Assembly: GCA_002315475.1 (NCBI GenBank)
Contig: DCGI01000050.1
Location: forward strand, 139 to 55,746
Direction: 5' to 3'
Origin: Christensenella sp. UBA1782
GTDB taxonomy: Bacteria > Bacillota > Clostridia > Christensenellales > DTU072
Length of the DNA stretch: 55,608 bases
Part shown: in pieces, positions 15,367 to 23,429 of the stretch
How the letters are laid out: every line of letters starts with the position of its first letter
How positions within the stretch are numbered: position 1 is the stretch's first letter
The notes under the pieces: model-generated
Seen by the model: the letters and a program-made list of their open reading frames with translations, nothing else
Told to the model about the DNA's origin: nothing
Database searches by the model: none
Translations under genes and position numbers: made by a program

Positions 15367-16521
15367 TTACTCCTGTTCTTGCATTTGATTGGTCGCTTTC
15401 ATGTAGTTTTCCATTGCTTTTACGTCAAATTCCGCAATGGAAGTTCGGACGGTTTTCCCCGCCTTTTCAATATCCGACATGCCGATAAAACCGGCTTTGC
15501 CCGTTTCGATTTCTCGCTCGATGGCAAACATTTTGGCACATTCGCACATTTCAACGGTATCCGCTCCACTGTAGTTTTCTGTCAGGCGAACCACTTCCTC
15601 CTCGCAGTAGTCCTCTCCCATCGGTGCTCCGTCGAACGACAGAGCAATCAATTTCTTCCTTGCTTCTTCGCTGGGTAACGGTACGTATATCTTCCTGTTG
15701 AACCGTCCCGGTCGCAAGAATGCGGTATCCACGTCCCATGGACGGTTGGTCGCCGCAAGTATCACCAAATTATGATTGCCGTTCTCTTCGAATCCGTCCA
15801 TTTGGTTGAGTAGTTCATGCACCACTCTGTTCATCGCTTCGTTCCCTTCGCCCGAACGTTTCATGCCGATAGCTTCAAACTCGTCGAAGAAAATAATGGC
15901 TTTTCCGCTCTGACGAGCCTTATCGAACAGCTCTTTGATGTTTCCTTCGCTTTCGCCGAACCACTTGGAAAGCAGGTCGGAACACTTTATCGGAAAGAAA
16001 CTGGCTTGCATATCCTTGGCGATGGCTTTGGCAATCATGGTCTTCCCCGTACCCGGCAAGCCGTACAGCAGGATACCCCCTCCCGTCTTCTTGTTGTACC
16101 GCTTATATAAGGACGGGTACATGAACGGGTAAACTACCTGTCTGCGGATTTCCTCCTTCACGTCCTCCAAACCGGCTACCCTGTCCATAGCGTTTTCCTT
16201 CTTCTTGAACATTTCGCTGAACTCGTTGATGGGTATATTCAGTCCCATGGCGGTGTCCTCGATGTTGGTAAAAAGGGTTTCGTAAGACGAAGCGTCCGAC
16301 AAATCGACACACCTGTCCAACAGTTGTTTGGCCTTATCGATAAAACTCGGACGCAACTCGAAAGCAACGTTCCTTGCGATGTTCAAAAGCGTCCCTACCG
16401 CACAAACGATGGCTCGCTTTCCCGTTTCTTCGTTACGCAGAGAAAACTGCTCCAAAGCATACCGATAAAACTTCAAAAAGGTCTCTTGTTCTTGTTTGAT
16501 ACAATCTTGTTTACGATTCAT
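15367..16521 (-). CDS. classic-clade AAA ATPase (Vps4/katanin/CDC48-like) with an N-terminal helical (MIT-like?) domain
   Basis: 'GILLYGLPGTGKT', 'IIFFDEFE', 'ILAATNRPWDVDTAFLRPGRFNR'. About 115 aa of helical N-terminal region. Confidence 0.85.
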   Translation of the reverse strand: MNRKQDCIKQEQETFLKFYRYALEQFSLRNEETGKRAIVCAVGTLLNIARNVAFELRPSFIDKAKQLLDRCVDLSDASSYETLFTNIEDTAMGLNIPINEFSEMFKKKENAMDRVAGLEDVKEEIRRQVVYPFMYPSLYKRYNKKTGGGILLYGLPGTGKTMIAKAIAKDMQASFFPIKCSDLLSKWFGESEGNIKELFDKARQSGKAIIFFDEFEAIGMKRSGEGNEAMNRVVHELLNQMDGFEENGNHNLVILAATNRPWDVDTAFLRPGRFNRKIYVPLPSEEARKKLIALSFDGAPMGEDYCEEEVVRLTENYSGADTVEMCECAKMFAIEREIETGKAGFIGMSDIEKAGKTVRTSIAEFDVKAMENYMKATNQMQEQE

Positions 16522-16697
16522 TCATGCTCCTATGTTGTAAAAAAAAATGGTTGAAAATTTGCAAAAAACTGCAAAAAATGAGAAAGAAAAGGGTAAAATA
16601 TATACGGAAACCGGAGCGTCAAAAAATGCTCCGAAAAAATACTCCTCTCTTACCCTTTCTCCTCTATTTGTAGTTCCCTCTTACGGAACTTCTTTCC

Positions 16698-17057
16698 TTA
16701 TGCAATTTCGTCTTCTTCGTCGTACATACCTCTCAGCCGTTCCTCCATACGGGCGTATTGTACGCTGGGTTTCTTGAAAAACTTCTTAGAAGTCTTTAGC
16801 AAGATAATGATGTTGCTTTCTTTCTCAACTTCAACGATGGCTCTGTAAATACGTTCATAAGCCTTCTGTACGGCTACGTTCTTGCTTTTGGATAACGCTA
16901 AAACGTCGTCCAACAACATTCCGCCGTTCTTAGAAAAGAGCTTATCAACCAAAGCACAATACTTTTGCGTAAACAAAAAGTATTTTTGGTTATTCGCGTT
17001 CATAAAAAAGGTGAGTTTTCCAAATCTGCTTGCATCACAAAAAACGGTAATTTTCAT
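16698..17057 (-). CDS. hypothetical 119-aa protein with an acidic C-terminal tail
   Basis: ATG with an AGGAGGA RBS upstream. Ends in 'GMYDEEDEIA'. No family recognised. Confidence 0.55.
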   Translation of the reverse strand: MKITVFCDASRFGKLTFFMNANNQKYFLFTQKYCALVDKLFSKNGGMLLDDVLALSKSKNVAVQKAYERIYRAIVEVEKESNIIILLKTSKKFFKKPSVQYARMEERLRGMYDEEDEIA

Positions 17058-17190
17058 TCGTAAAAAAATCCTCCTATAGATTTTACGGTGTGGTGTTTTT
17101 GGTTAAAAAAAATCGGATTTATTGTCATCCGACAAGGTAAAGTACCCCTTCTTTTTTCTGGGTACCAAGGCACGACTATAAAAAAAATTT

Positions 17191-17219
17191 CATCCCCTTA
17201 TACTATGTATAAGGGGATG
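17191..17219 (-). terminator. Strong (bidirectional) rho-independent terminator after the polymerase-like gene
   Basis: 12-bp perfect stem CATCCCCTTATA / TATAAGGGGATG with a 5-nt loop, and T-runs on both strands. Confidence 0.75.
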
Positions 17220-17283
17220 TTTTTTGTATTTTGGAAAATTTTACAAAAAAACGGAAAAAAATTGTTAACTTTTGCGAGCGAGC

Positions 17284-19998
17284 CTATCTCTTCCCGAAGG
17301 TATAGCCGCAAAGGTTGACGGTGCCGTTCGGCATCTCGTACAGCTCGGGTAGCGAAGTCGTCCCCTTCTGCAAAAGGGTACGCACGAGGGGATTGTTCTC
17401 CTGCAAAATCGCCGAATAAAACAACCAGTCTTCCTCTTGTTGTTTTTCGCACCACTGAACGAGCAGACGTATTACGTTTTCACTGCCAATCATTTTTTGA
17501 ATCTCGATATCCCGTTCCTGACGCATTTGCATAATATCTTCTTGGATGATTTCCTGTTCGGACTCCGCAAGATTACCTAACAAAAAGTACTTGAACTTTA
17601 GTTTCTTTTCATAACGACGGTATATTTTCATGATTGCGTTCTTGCGGGCGTAGTCGGTCGAGGTCGTCTTTTGGGAAACCTCTCCGAATAGGGCGGATAT
17701 GGGTAGCAACTCCAATTTACCCTCTCTCCCCTCCCGTAAATCGCAACGGTCATTCACGCAACTTAAAATCAAATCCATCGGCGTTTTGTACAGGCGAAAC
17801 GTACCGGATACGCCCCGATGATTTTTCTTCGCCTTTATTTCTTCGATGCATTGGAAAAATTGCGGTTTTGCCAAAAAGTCATCCTTGATGTATTTTTCGC
17901 TTAACTCTTTCATGATTCCCTTGCAATCCACCCCGAAGTTTCTTTTCGCCTTATCGATTTCGATACCCGACAGAACGGAGAGGATACAAATATCGTGATA
18001 GATTTCCCGGCAGAAATCGCTATCTTCCGGCTTTCCCGAAGAGAGTTTTTCCCACAGAATACCGTTGAGCCGTTGCGAAAGGTTGACGATTTGCCCGATG
18101 GCGTTTTCACTGTTATAGATATCCACTTGGGTTAAGTCTAACGTTTCGCCGTCTTTTTCGTCAATGGCGCAGACGGGGACTTTGAAGAGGTCGTAATTCT
18201 TTTCGGCATTACGAACCAACGTCGGATCGGAAGTCATCAACATGGTATCGGAGTCGTAGTCGCATCCGTTCAAACGCTGTTGTACGTTTTCGCCGACGGC
18301 GTTGACGCAAACGATATTGTTCCCTAAGTCAAAATACTCCCAAACGTCGTCTTTCGTTTTGTTGGTGACAAGATACAGATTGCCCATCGTGATATGGGGT
18401 GAACGGGCGCAAAGGATTTTTTCTCCGTCTTGAAAACGCATACACCGCACTTCCCCTTTTTGCAGAGTGAGGTTTTCGGGAGAATACGTTCCGATGACCG
18501 ACCGTAACAATTCGGGGCCGTTGCCGAACAGGGTGGCGTTGGTACCGTCGACGAGGAAATGCCCTTTTTTCATCATTTCTTTCATCGACCGTATTGCCGT
18601 TTCCCGAAAATTATAATATAATCGTGTTTTACGGAAACCTTCGTTGTGCCGAATGAGGGAAAAAATCAATTGGGAACGGTTAAGCAGACTATCTTCCCAC
18701 GCTACGGTGTCCGTCGACTCCTGTTCCTCTTTTTCCCGATTGGAGAGGTTGGAATAATAATAACACATGACGGACGGATCTTCGTTCATTTGTTTGATCA
18801 GGTTAAAATTCCCTTCCAAAAAGGAATAAATGCTTTCTTGGTCGATTTGTACGGTGTTCAATAATTGATAGCTTGTACTTACCATCCTTCCGTTAAAAAA
18901 CTTCGTTCTTTTATCGGTCTTAACCACGCCGAAGGTATCGGTCACGTTATTTGCCCAGTTTTGTATGTTTTCCGACGAAAGTTTCGTATCCTTGCAAAAT
19001 TTCAGATATTTCAAACTACTCGGCGTGGTAATCATGACGATTTGATGAATATCGGTCGCCAGCGTCACGCCGCCGTTTTCGGTCAAAACGGATAAATCGG
19101 TGATGCCGTTATCGGCAAACCATTTTTGAATTTTGGTACGGAAGGCACAAGACTTGAAAAACTTATTCCGCAAAAGCATCATGTGCTTATCGGCGTACCC
19201 GTCTTGAAAAACGCTTTCGTCGAGGAGCGCCTCCCCGTCCCAAATGGTATTGGTTACGATGGCTTTTCCCTGCTCGGCAACGATTTTTCCGTCCTCTTCC
19301 CGCACGCTGACCACTTCTTCTTCAAACGAAGAATACCGATCGGGTACAAACAGTATACCCTCCAAAGGAATACGAACCACGCCTTTTAACGAGCTGAGAG
19401 AAAGGGCTTTATAGGCTTCCCACGTCGCCAGCTTTACGGGATTCCATTTCAAACCGCATTCGCCCCATTTTTCCATGCTCCGCAATAAAGATTTTTGAAT
19501 GAAAAGGCATTTCCCCATACGACTGCTGCCGGCACTTCTTTTATAGCGCACGTACTCGACGCCGTTTATGCAAAAACCGTTTTCGTACAGTTTTCTTCGG
19601 AGCTTGAAAACGTCGAGGAGAACCTTTCCTTTCGGTTTCTTTTCTTGCTCGGTGTCCTTGCCTTTCTTTTTCTTCTTTTGGGATACTCTTTTGGCTTTTT
19701 GTTCTTCGGTCTCCTCCACCTTTTCCCGAAGGCACCGATCAAAATCCACGTTGACGACGGCGAGGGTATACGAAAAACCCTTTTCGTCTTGAAACGAAAA
19801 CTTCTTTCGTTCTTTTTTCGCATAGATATTTTGTAATTCTACCGAGTCAAGCGACCAATCCAACACGTTGGAAAACAACGTATAATACTTCTCGTTTTTT
19901 TCGGCAGGCAGAACATACCCTTGCTCGGGATTTTCCAACGAGGATCTGACGATGTCGCACGCTTCCAGCGAGAGAATTCTAAAACTATTTTTTCCCAT
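17284..19998 (-). CDS. RdRP/YonO-like single-polypeptide two-barrel (DPBB) RNA polymerase homolog
   Basis: Collinear with hallmarks of the eukaryotic-type RdRP family. First barrel: 'NGVEYVRYKRSAGSSRMGKCLFI', 'YKALSLSS', 'IWDGEALLDESV'. Second barrel: 'ILCARSPHITMGNLYLV', then the catalytic 'NGCDYDSDTMLMT' (DYDSD at 18247-18261; compare DxDGD of RdRPs and NADFDGD of beta-prime). Downstream: 'AIGQIVNLSQ' and 'ICILSVLSGIEIDKAKRNFGVD'. Confidence 0.7.
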   Translation of the reverse strand: MGKNSFRILSLEACDIVRSSLENPEQGYVLPAEKNEKYYTLFSNVLDWSLDSVELQNIYAKKERKKFSFQDEKGFSYTLAVVNVDFDRCLREKVEETEEQKAKRVSQKKKKKGKDTEQEKKPKGKVLLDVFKLRRKLYENGFCINGVEYVRYKRSAGSSRMGKCLFIQKSLLRSMEKWGECGLKWNPVKLATWEAYKALSLSSLKGVVRIPLEGILFVPDRYSSFEEEVVSVREEDGKIVAEQGKAIVTNTIWDGEALLDESVFQDGYADKHMMLLRNKFFKSCAFRTKIQKWFADNGITDLSVLTENGGVTLATDIHQIVMITTPSSLKYLKFCKDTKLSSENIQNWANNVTDTFGVVKTDKRTKFFNGRMVSTSYQLLNTVQIDQESIYSFLEGNFNLIKQMNEDPSVMCYYYSNLSNREKEEQESTDTVAWEDSLLNRSQLIFSLIRHNEGFRKTRLYYNFRETAIRSMKEMMKKGHFLVDGTNATLFGNGPELLRSVIGTYSPENLTLQKGEVRCMRFQDGEKILCARSPHITMGNLYLVTNKTKDDVWEYFDLGNNIVCVNAVGENVQQRLNGCDYDSDTMLMTSDPTLVRNAEKNYDLFKVPVCAIDEKDGETLDLTQVDIYNSENAIGQIVNLSQRLNGILWEKLSSGKPEDSDFCREIYHDICILSVLSGIEIDKAKRNFGVDCKGIMKELSEKYIKDDFLAKPQFFQCIEEIKAKKNHRGVSGTFRLYKTPMDLILSCVNDRCDLREGREGKLELLPISALFGEVSQKTTSTDYARKNAIMKIYRRYEKKLKFKYFLLGNLAESEQEIIQEDIMQMRQERDIEIQKMIGSENVIRLLVQWCEKQQEEDWLFYSAILQENNPLVRTLLQKGTTSLPELYEMPNGTVNLCGYTFGKR

Positions 19999-20004
19999 AG
20001 GGAA

Positions 20005-20033
20005 AGTATACCGAAAAAAAAGCTTTTCGTCAA
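20005..20033 (-). promoter_or_regulatory. sigma70-like promoter of the polymerase-like gene, with leaderless geometry
   Basis: On the minus strand: TTGACG (20028-20033), 17-nt spacer, TATACT (20005-20010). Only 6 nt (TTCCCT, no SD) separate it from the ATG at 19998. Confidence 0.5.
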
Positions 20034-20063
20034 CCGTTCCGCTTCCACCTTTTTGGGAAAACG

Positions 20064-20828
20064 CTATACTTTTTCATAATCGTTCGGTTTCCGCACGAAA
20101 GCAATCTCCTCTTCTCGACACGCCCCGAACTTTTTATAGTTTTCCCGTGCCGTATTCAGCGAAACGCCGTTACACGAAAACGCCCGATCGGGATCGTTTA
20201 CGGACACGTCGTCGTCCTCCCAATAACAAACGGGGCAGATAAAGAAGGTTCCGTTCGGCTTCTCGCTAAACGTCTTTTGTCCGCAACAGGGACAGGGAAA
20301 ACTTTCCAACGTGGGCAAGCCTTCTTCCGTCATTTTCCATCCTTTCAAAAGCTGTTCTTCTTGCAAAGCCTCGCGAAGGTACTCGTCCAAATACGGAAAA
20401 ACGTGGTTCTTCTTGACAAATTCCACCATTTCTTCGTAAGAGTAGAAATAGAACAAAAGCTTTTTGGAACGGATTTTTCCCTCGTTTTTCGGGAAAAAAG
20501 TTAAGGAAAACATGGAAAAAAACCGTCCCATGTGGATATGTAAAACATCCTTTTTTTCTAATTTTTTCTTGTTTTGGTAAAAAGCGTTTTCGTCTTGTCG
20601 GAAATTCTGCCTTTTGTACAAAATCGCACCCATTATCAAAAAAATCCCGAACGACAACACCCACATCACGACGAAAGCCAAATTCACCCACAGTGCCGTC
20701 GATCCGAAATCGTCGTCCCCGAATACCGAAACCACCATAATCAACCCGTCCAACACCACGTAAATCGGCAACAGTACGTATAACCCGATCGAACAAGCCA
20801 TCTTCCACATAAAATTCTTTCGTTTCAT
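20064..20828 (-). CDS. membrane protein with a C-terminal cysteine-rich CPCC domain
   Basis: Three predicted TM helices after 'MKRKNFMWKMACSIGLYVLL'. C-terminus 'CPCCGQKTF...FICPVCYWEDDD' matches the CPCC-family signature. The ORF track extends to 20960, but I prefer the ATG at 20828. Confidence 0.6.
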   Translation of the reverse strand: MKRKNFMWKMACSIGLYVLLPIYVVLDGLIMVVSVFGDDDFGSTALWVNLAFVVMWVLSFGIFLIMGAILYKRQNFRQDENAFYQNKKKLEKKDVLHIHMGRFFSMFSLTFFPKNEGKIRSKKLLFYFYSYEEMVEFVKKNHVFPYLDEYLREALQEEQLLKGWKMTEEGLPTLESFPCPCCGQKTFSEKPNGTFFICPVCYWEDDDVSVNDPDRAFSCNGVSLNTARENYKKFGACREEEIAFVRKPNDYEKV

Positions 20829-20834
20829 GCCCCC

Positions 20835-20863
20835 ATTATAACAAATATCTTTCCTTTTTTCCA
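20835..20863 (-). promoter_or_regulatory. extended -10 promoter for the CPCC gene, with leaderless geometry
   Basis: On the minus strand: TGGAAA (20858-20863), 17-nt spacer ending in TGt, TATAAT (20835-20840). Then 6 nt (GGGGGC) to the ATG at 20828. Confidence 0.35.
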
Positions 20864-21000
20864 GTATTTTTCCGATGAGTTTTGTAAAAAAAATCCTATG
20901 TCGGTTTTTTTTGCCCACGATAGGTATATCCCGCATATCCTTGAAAAGATTTTTTTCCATATATCTCGAAACCGTTCGTGAAAAATACCGAGAAGGGGGG

Positions 21001-21029
21001 TTGTAACGAAAAGAGAAATGTTGTATACT
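21001..21029 (+). promoter_or_regulatory. sigma70-like promoter of the fucU-fucI unit
   Basis: TTGTAA (21001-21006), 17-nt spacer, TATACT (21024-21029). RBS AAGGAG at 21038-21043. Confidence 0.5.
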
Positions 21030-21050
21030 ATTAAAAAAAGGAGAAACGTC

Positions 21051-21482
21051 ATGTTAAAAAACGTACCGAAACTACTGAGTCCCGAACTGCTCAAAATACT
21101 TTGCGAAATGGGACATGGCGACGAAATCGTCCTCGCCGATGCAAACTTTCCCGCCGAAGCACTGGCTAAACGCGTCATCCGCGCCGACGGGATCGGCGGT
21201 GTCGCTCTGCTTTCCGCTCTGCTGACCGTGATGCCGCTCGACACCTATTCCGAACGGAATTTTCTTTTAATGGAACTTACGGAATCCGATAAAAAGAAAG
21301 GAAATCCGCCCATTTGGAACGCGTACGAAGAAGTGGCGAATTCCTTAGATCCCAACGTGAGAACAGGCTATCTCGAACGGTTCGATTTTTACGAAAGAGC
21401 CAAAAACGCTTACGCCGTCATCGCATCCGGAGAAGAAGCCGTTTATGCAAATATTTTACTGAAAAAAGGAGTCATCCAATAA
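21051..21482 (+). CDS. fucU: L-fucose mutarotase (RbsD/FucU family)
   Basis: '[35 protein letters not shown]' is close to E. coli FucU '[35 protein letters not shown]' (recalled). The ATG at 21051 has an AAGGAG RBS. Confidence 0.9.
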   Translation: [143 protein letters not shown]

Positions 21483-21507
21483 GGAGAAAAGAGAAGGAGA
21501 AAAGAGT

Positions 21508-23333
21508 ATGAAAAAATTAGTCGGAGAGTATCCCGTCATCGGTATCCGTCCCATCGTCGACGGACGTCAAGGTCCCATGCGCCTCAGAGAAAGTCTGGAA
21601 GATCAAGTCATGGCTATGGCGTCTTCCGCCAAAACCCTTTTGGAAAAATCGGTCTTTTATTCGGACGGAACCCCCGTCAAGGTCGTTATTTTTCCGCACA
21701 CCATCGGGCGTGTTCCCGAGTCCGCCGCTTGTGCGGAGTATTTCCGTAAAGAAGGGGTGCAAATTACGATTTCGGTAACCCCTTGTTGGTGTTACGGTTC
21801 CGAAACCATGGATATGGATCCTCTTACGATAAAAGCGGTATGGGGCTTTAACGGAACCGAACGTCCGGGTGCCGTTTATCTTGCTTCCGTCCTCGCCACC
21901 CACGCGCAAAAAGGTCTGCCGGCGTTCGGTATTTACGGACACGAAGTGCAGGATCGAGAGCAGGTTTCCTGCATCCCCGACGACGTACGAGAAAAGCTTC
22001 TTCGCTTTGCCGGAGCCGCCGTAGCCGTAGCCACCATGCGCGGAAAAAGCTACCTGCAAATCGGTTCGATTACCATGGGAATCGGCGGTTCGGTTTTGGA
22101 CAGTTCTTTCTTGGAAGAGTATCTCGGGATGCGTGTGGAATCGGTGGACGAAGTGGAGATTCTGCGACGCATGGAAGAAGGAATTTATAACGAAGAAGAC
22201 TATCGAAAAGCACTCGCTTGGACAGAAAAACACTGCAAAGAAGGTAGGGACGATAATCCCGATTTCGTAGAATTTTTGGGAGAAAAGCGAAAAATAAAAT
22301 TCACCCCCGAAGAGAAAAAAAGCAGTGGGAATTCACCATCAAAATGTATTGTATCCTCAAAGATTTGATGCGAGGCAGCGATCGCCTTCCCGCCGGTTTT
22401 GACGAAGAACGTTTGGGGCATAACGCCATTTGTGCCGGCTTTCAAGGGCAACGGCAGTGGACGGATCACTGGCCGAACTGCGACTATCCCGAAGCCGTTT
22501 TGAATTCTTCTTTCGACTTCGAGGGAAAGAAAGAACCGATGATTTTCGCCACCGAAAACGATATTTTGAACGGTATTTCGATGTTGTTTATGAACCTCCT
22601 GACGGGTAGAGCGCAGATTTTTGCCGACGTCAGAACCTTTTGGTCGCCCGAAGCAACCAAACGTGTTACGGGATATGATTTGGAAGGCAAAGCCAAAGAA
22701 AACGGCGGTATCATTCACCTGCTGAATTCGGGTGCCGCTTGTCTGGATGCCTGCGGAGAATGTCGTGACGAACAAGGCAATCCCGTCATGAAAAGATGGT
22801 GGGAAGTCACCGAAAACGATATTCAAAAAATGACCGACGCCACCGTTTGGTGCGAAGCCGGTTTTGATAATTTTCGAGGGGGCGGCTTCTCCTCGCATTT
22901 CGTTACGCGTGCCGAAATGCCGGCGACGATGATTCGTTTGAACCTCGTCAAAGGACTCGGTCCCGTTATGCAGATTGCCGAAGGTTGGACGGTTCGACTT
23001 CCCGACGAAGTAACCGATACCTTAATGGAACGTACCAATCCGACGTGGCCGTGCACTTGGTTCACCCCTCGTTGTAACGGAAAAGGCGCATTCGCTTCGG
23101 CATACGACCTCATGAATCATTGGGGCGCCAATCACGGAGCCATTTCCTACGGGCATATCGGCGCCGACCTCATCACCCTTTGTTCCATGTTGCGTATACC
23201 CGTTTCTCTGCACAACGTCGACGAAGAAAAAATCTTCCGTCCCGCCTGCTTTAACGCCTTCGGCATGGATAAAGAAGGACAGGATTACCGCGCCTGTCAA
23301 GCTTACGGCCCGCTCTATAAAAATATCCGCTGA
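21508..23333 (+). pseudogene. fucI: L-fucose isomerase, reading frame broken at an A7 run
   Basis: The two ORFs (21508-22368 and 22344-23333) are collinear with E. coli FucI: 'IGIRPIVDGR', 'TPCWCYGSETMDMDP', 'FQGQRQWTD', 'ATENDILNG', '[11 protein letters not shown]', '[20 protein letters not shown]', '[14 protein letters not shown]'. The frames join if the A7 at 22315-22321 were A8. Confidence 0.85.
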
Positions 23334-23369
23334 AACGGCAGATACGAAAGATAAACTTTTTTCTAAAAG

Positions 23370-23405
23370 ACGTGCCCCCTCAGCCTTTCGAGCGAGGGGG
23401 CACGT
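23370..23405. terminator. bidirectional terminator between the convergent fucI and amidohydrolase genes
   Basis: 12-bp GC-rich stem ACGTGCCCCCTC / GAGGGGGCACGT. Confidence 0.6.
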
Positions 23406-23429
23406 TGAAACGATTCCTTTTTTTACCGA

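Noticed and set aside
14076-15488. 250-aa and 179-aa plus-strand ORFs
   Set aside because: They are antisense to the FtsH-like AAA-M41 gene, which has unmistakable Walker and HEAGH motifs.
16698-17057. RNase H-like reading of the 119-aa protein ('KITVFCDAS' resembles the 'IYTDGS' first strand)
   Set aside because: The protein is too short and lacks the downstream Glu/Asp/Asp catalytic residues, so the resemblance is limited to one strand.
19590-19700. Purine-rich, quasi-repetitive DNA considered as a tandem repeat
   Set aside because: It is in frame within the polymerase-like ORF and encodes a Lys/Glu-rich low-complexity linker ('QKKKKKGKDTEQEKKPKGK'). It has no exact repeat unit.
1327-20063. 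Calling the island a prophage, ICE or transposon
   Set aside because: I found no integrase, recombinase, transposase, phage structural genes, tRNA target or flanking direct repeats in the window. The YonO-like polymerase hints at phage ancestry, but mobility cannot be supported.
20266-20808. 180-aa alternative-frame ORF inside the CPCC gene
   Set aside because: It is on the same strand in a different frame. The CPCC frame has TM helices and the CPCC...CPVCYWEDD motif, whereas this frame is Arg/Gly/Phe-rich with no features.
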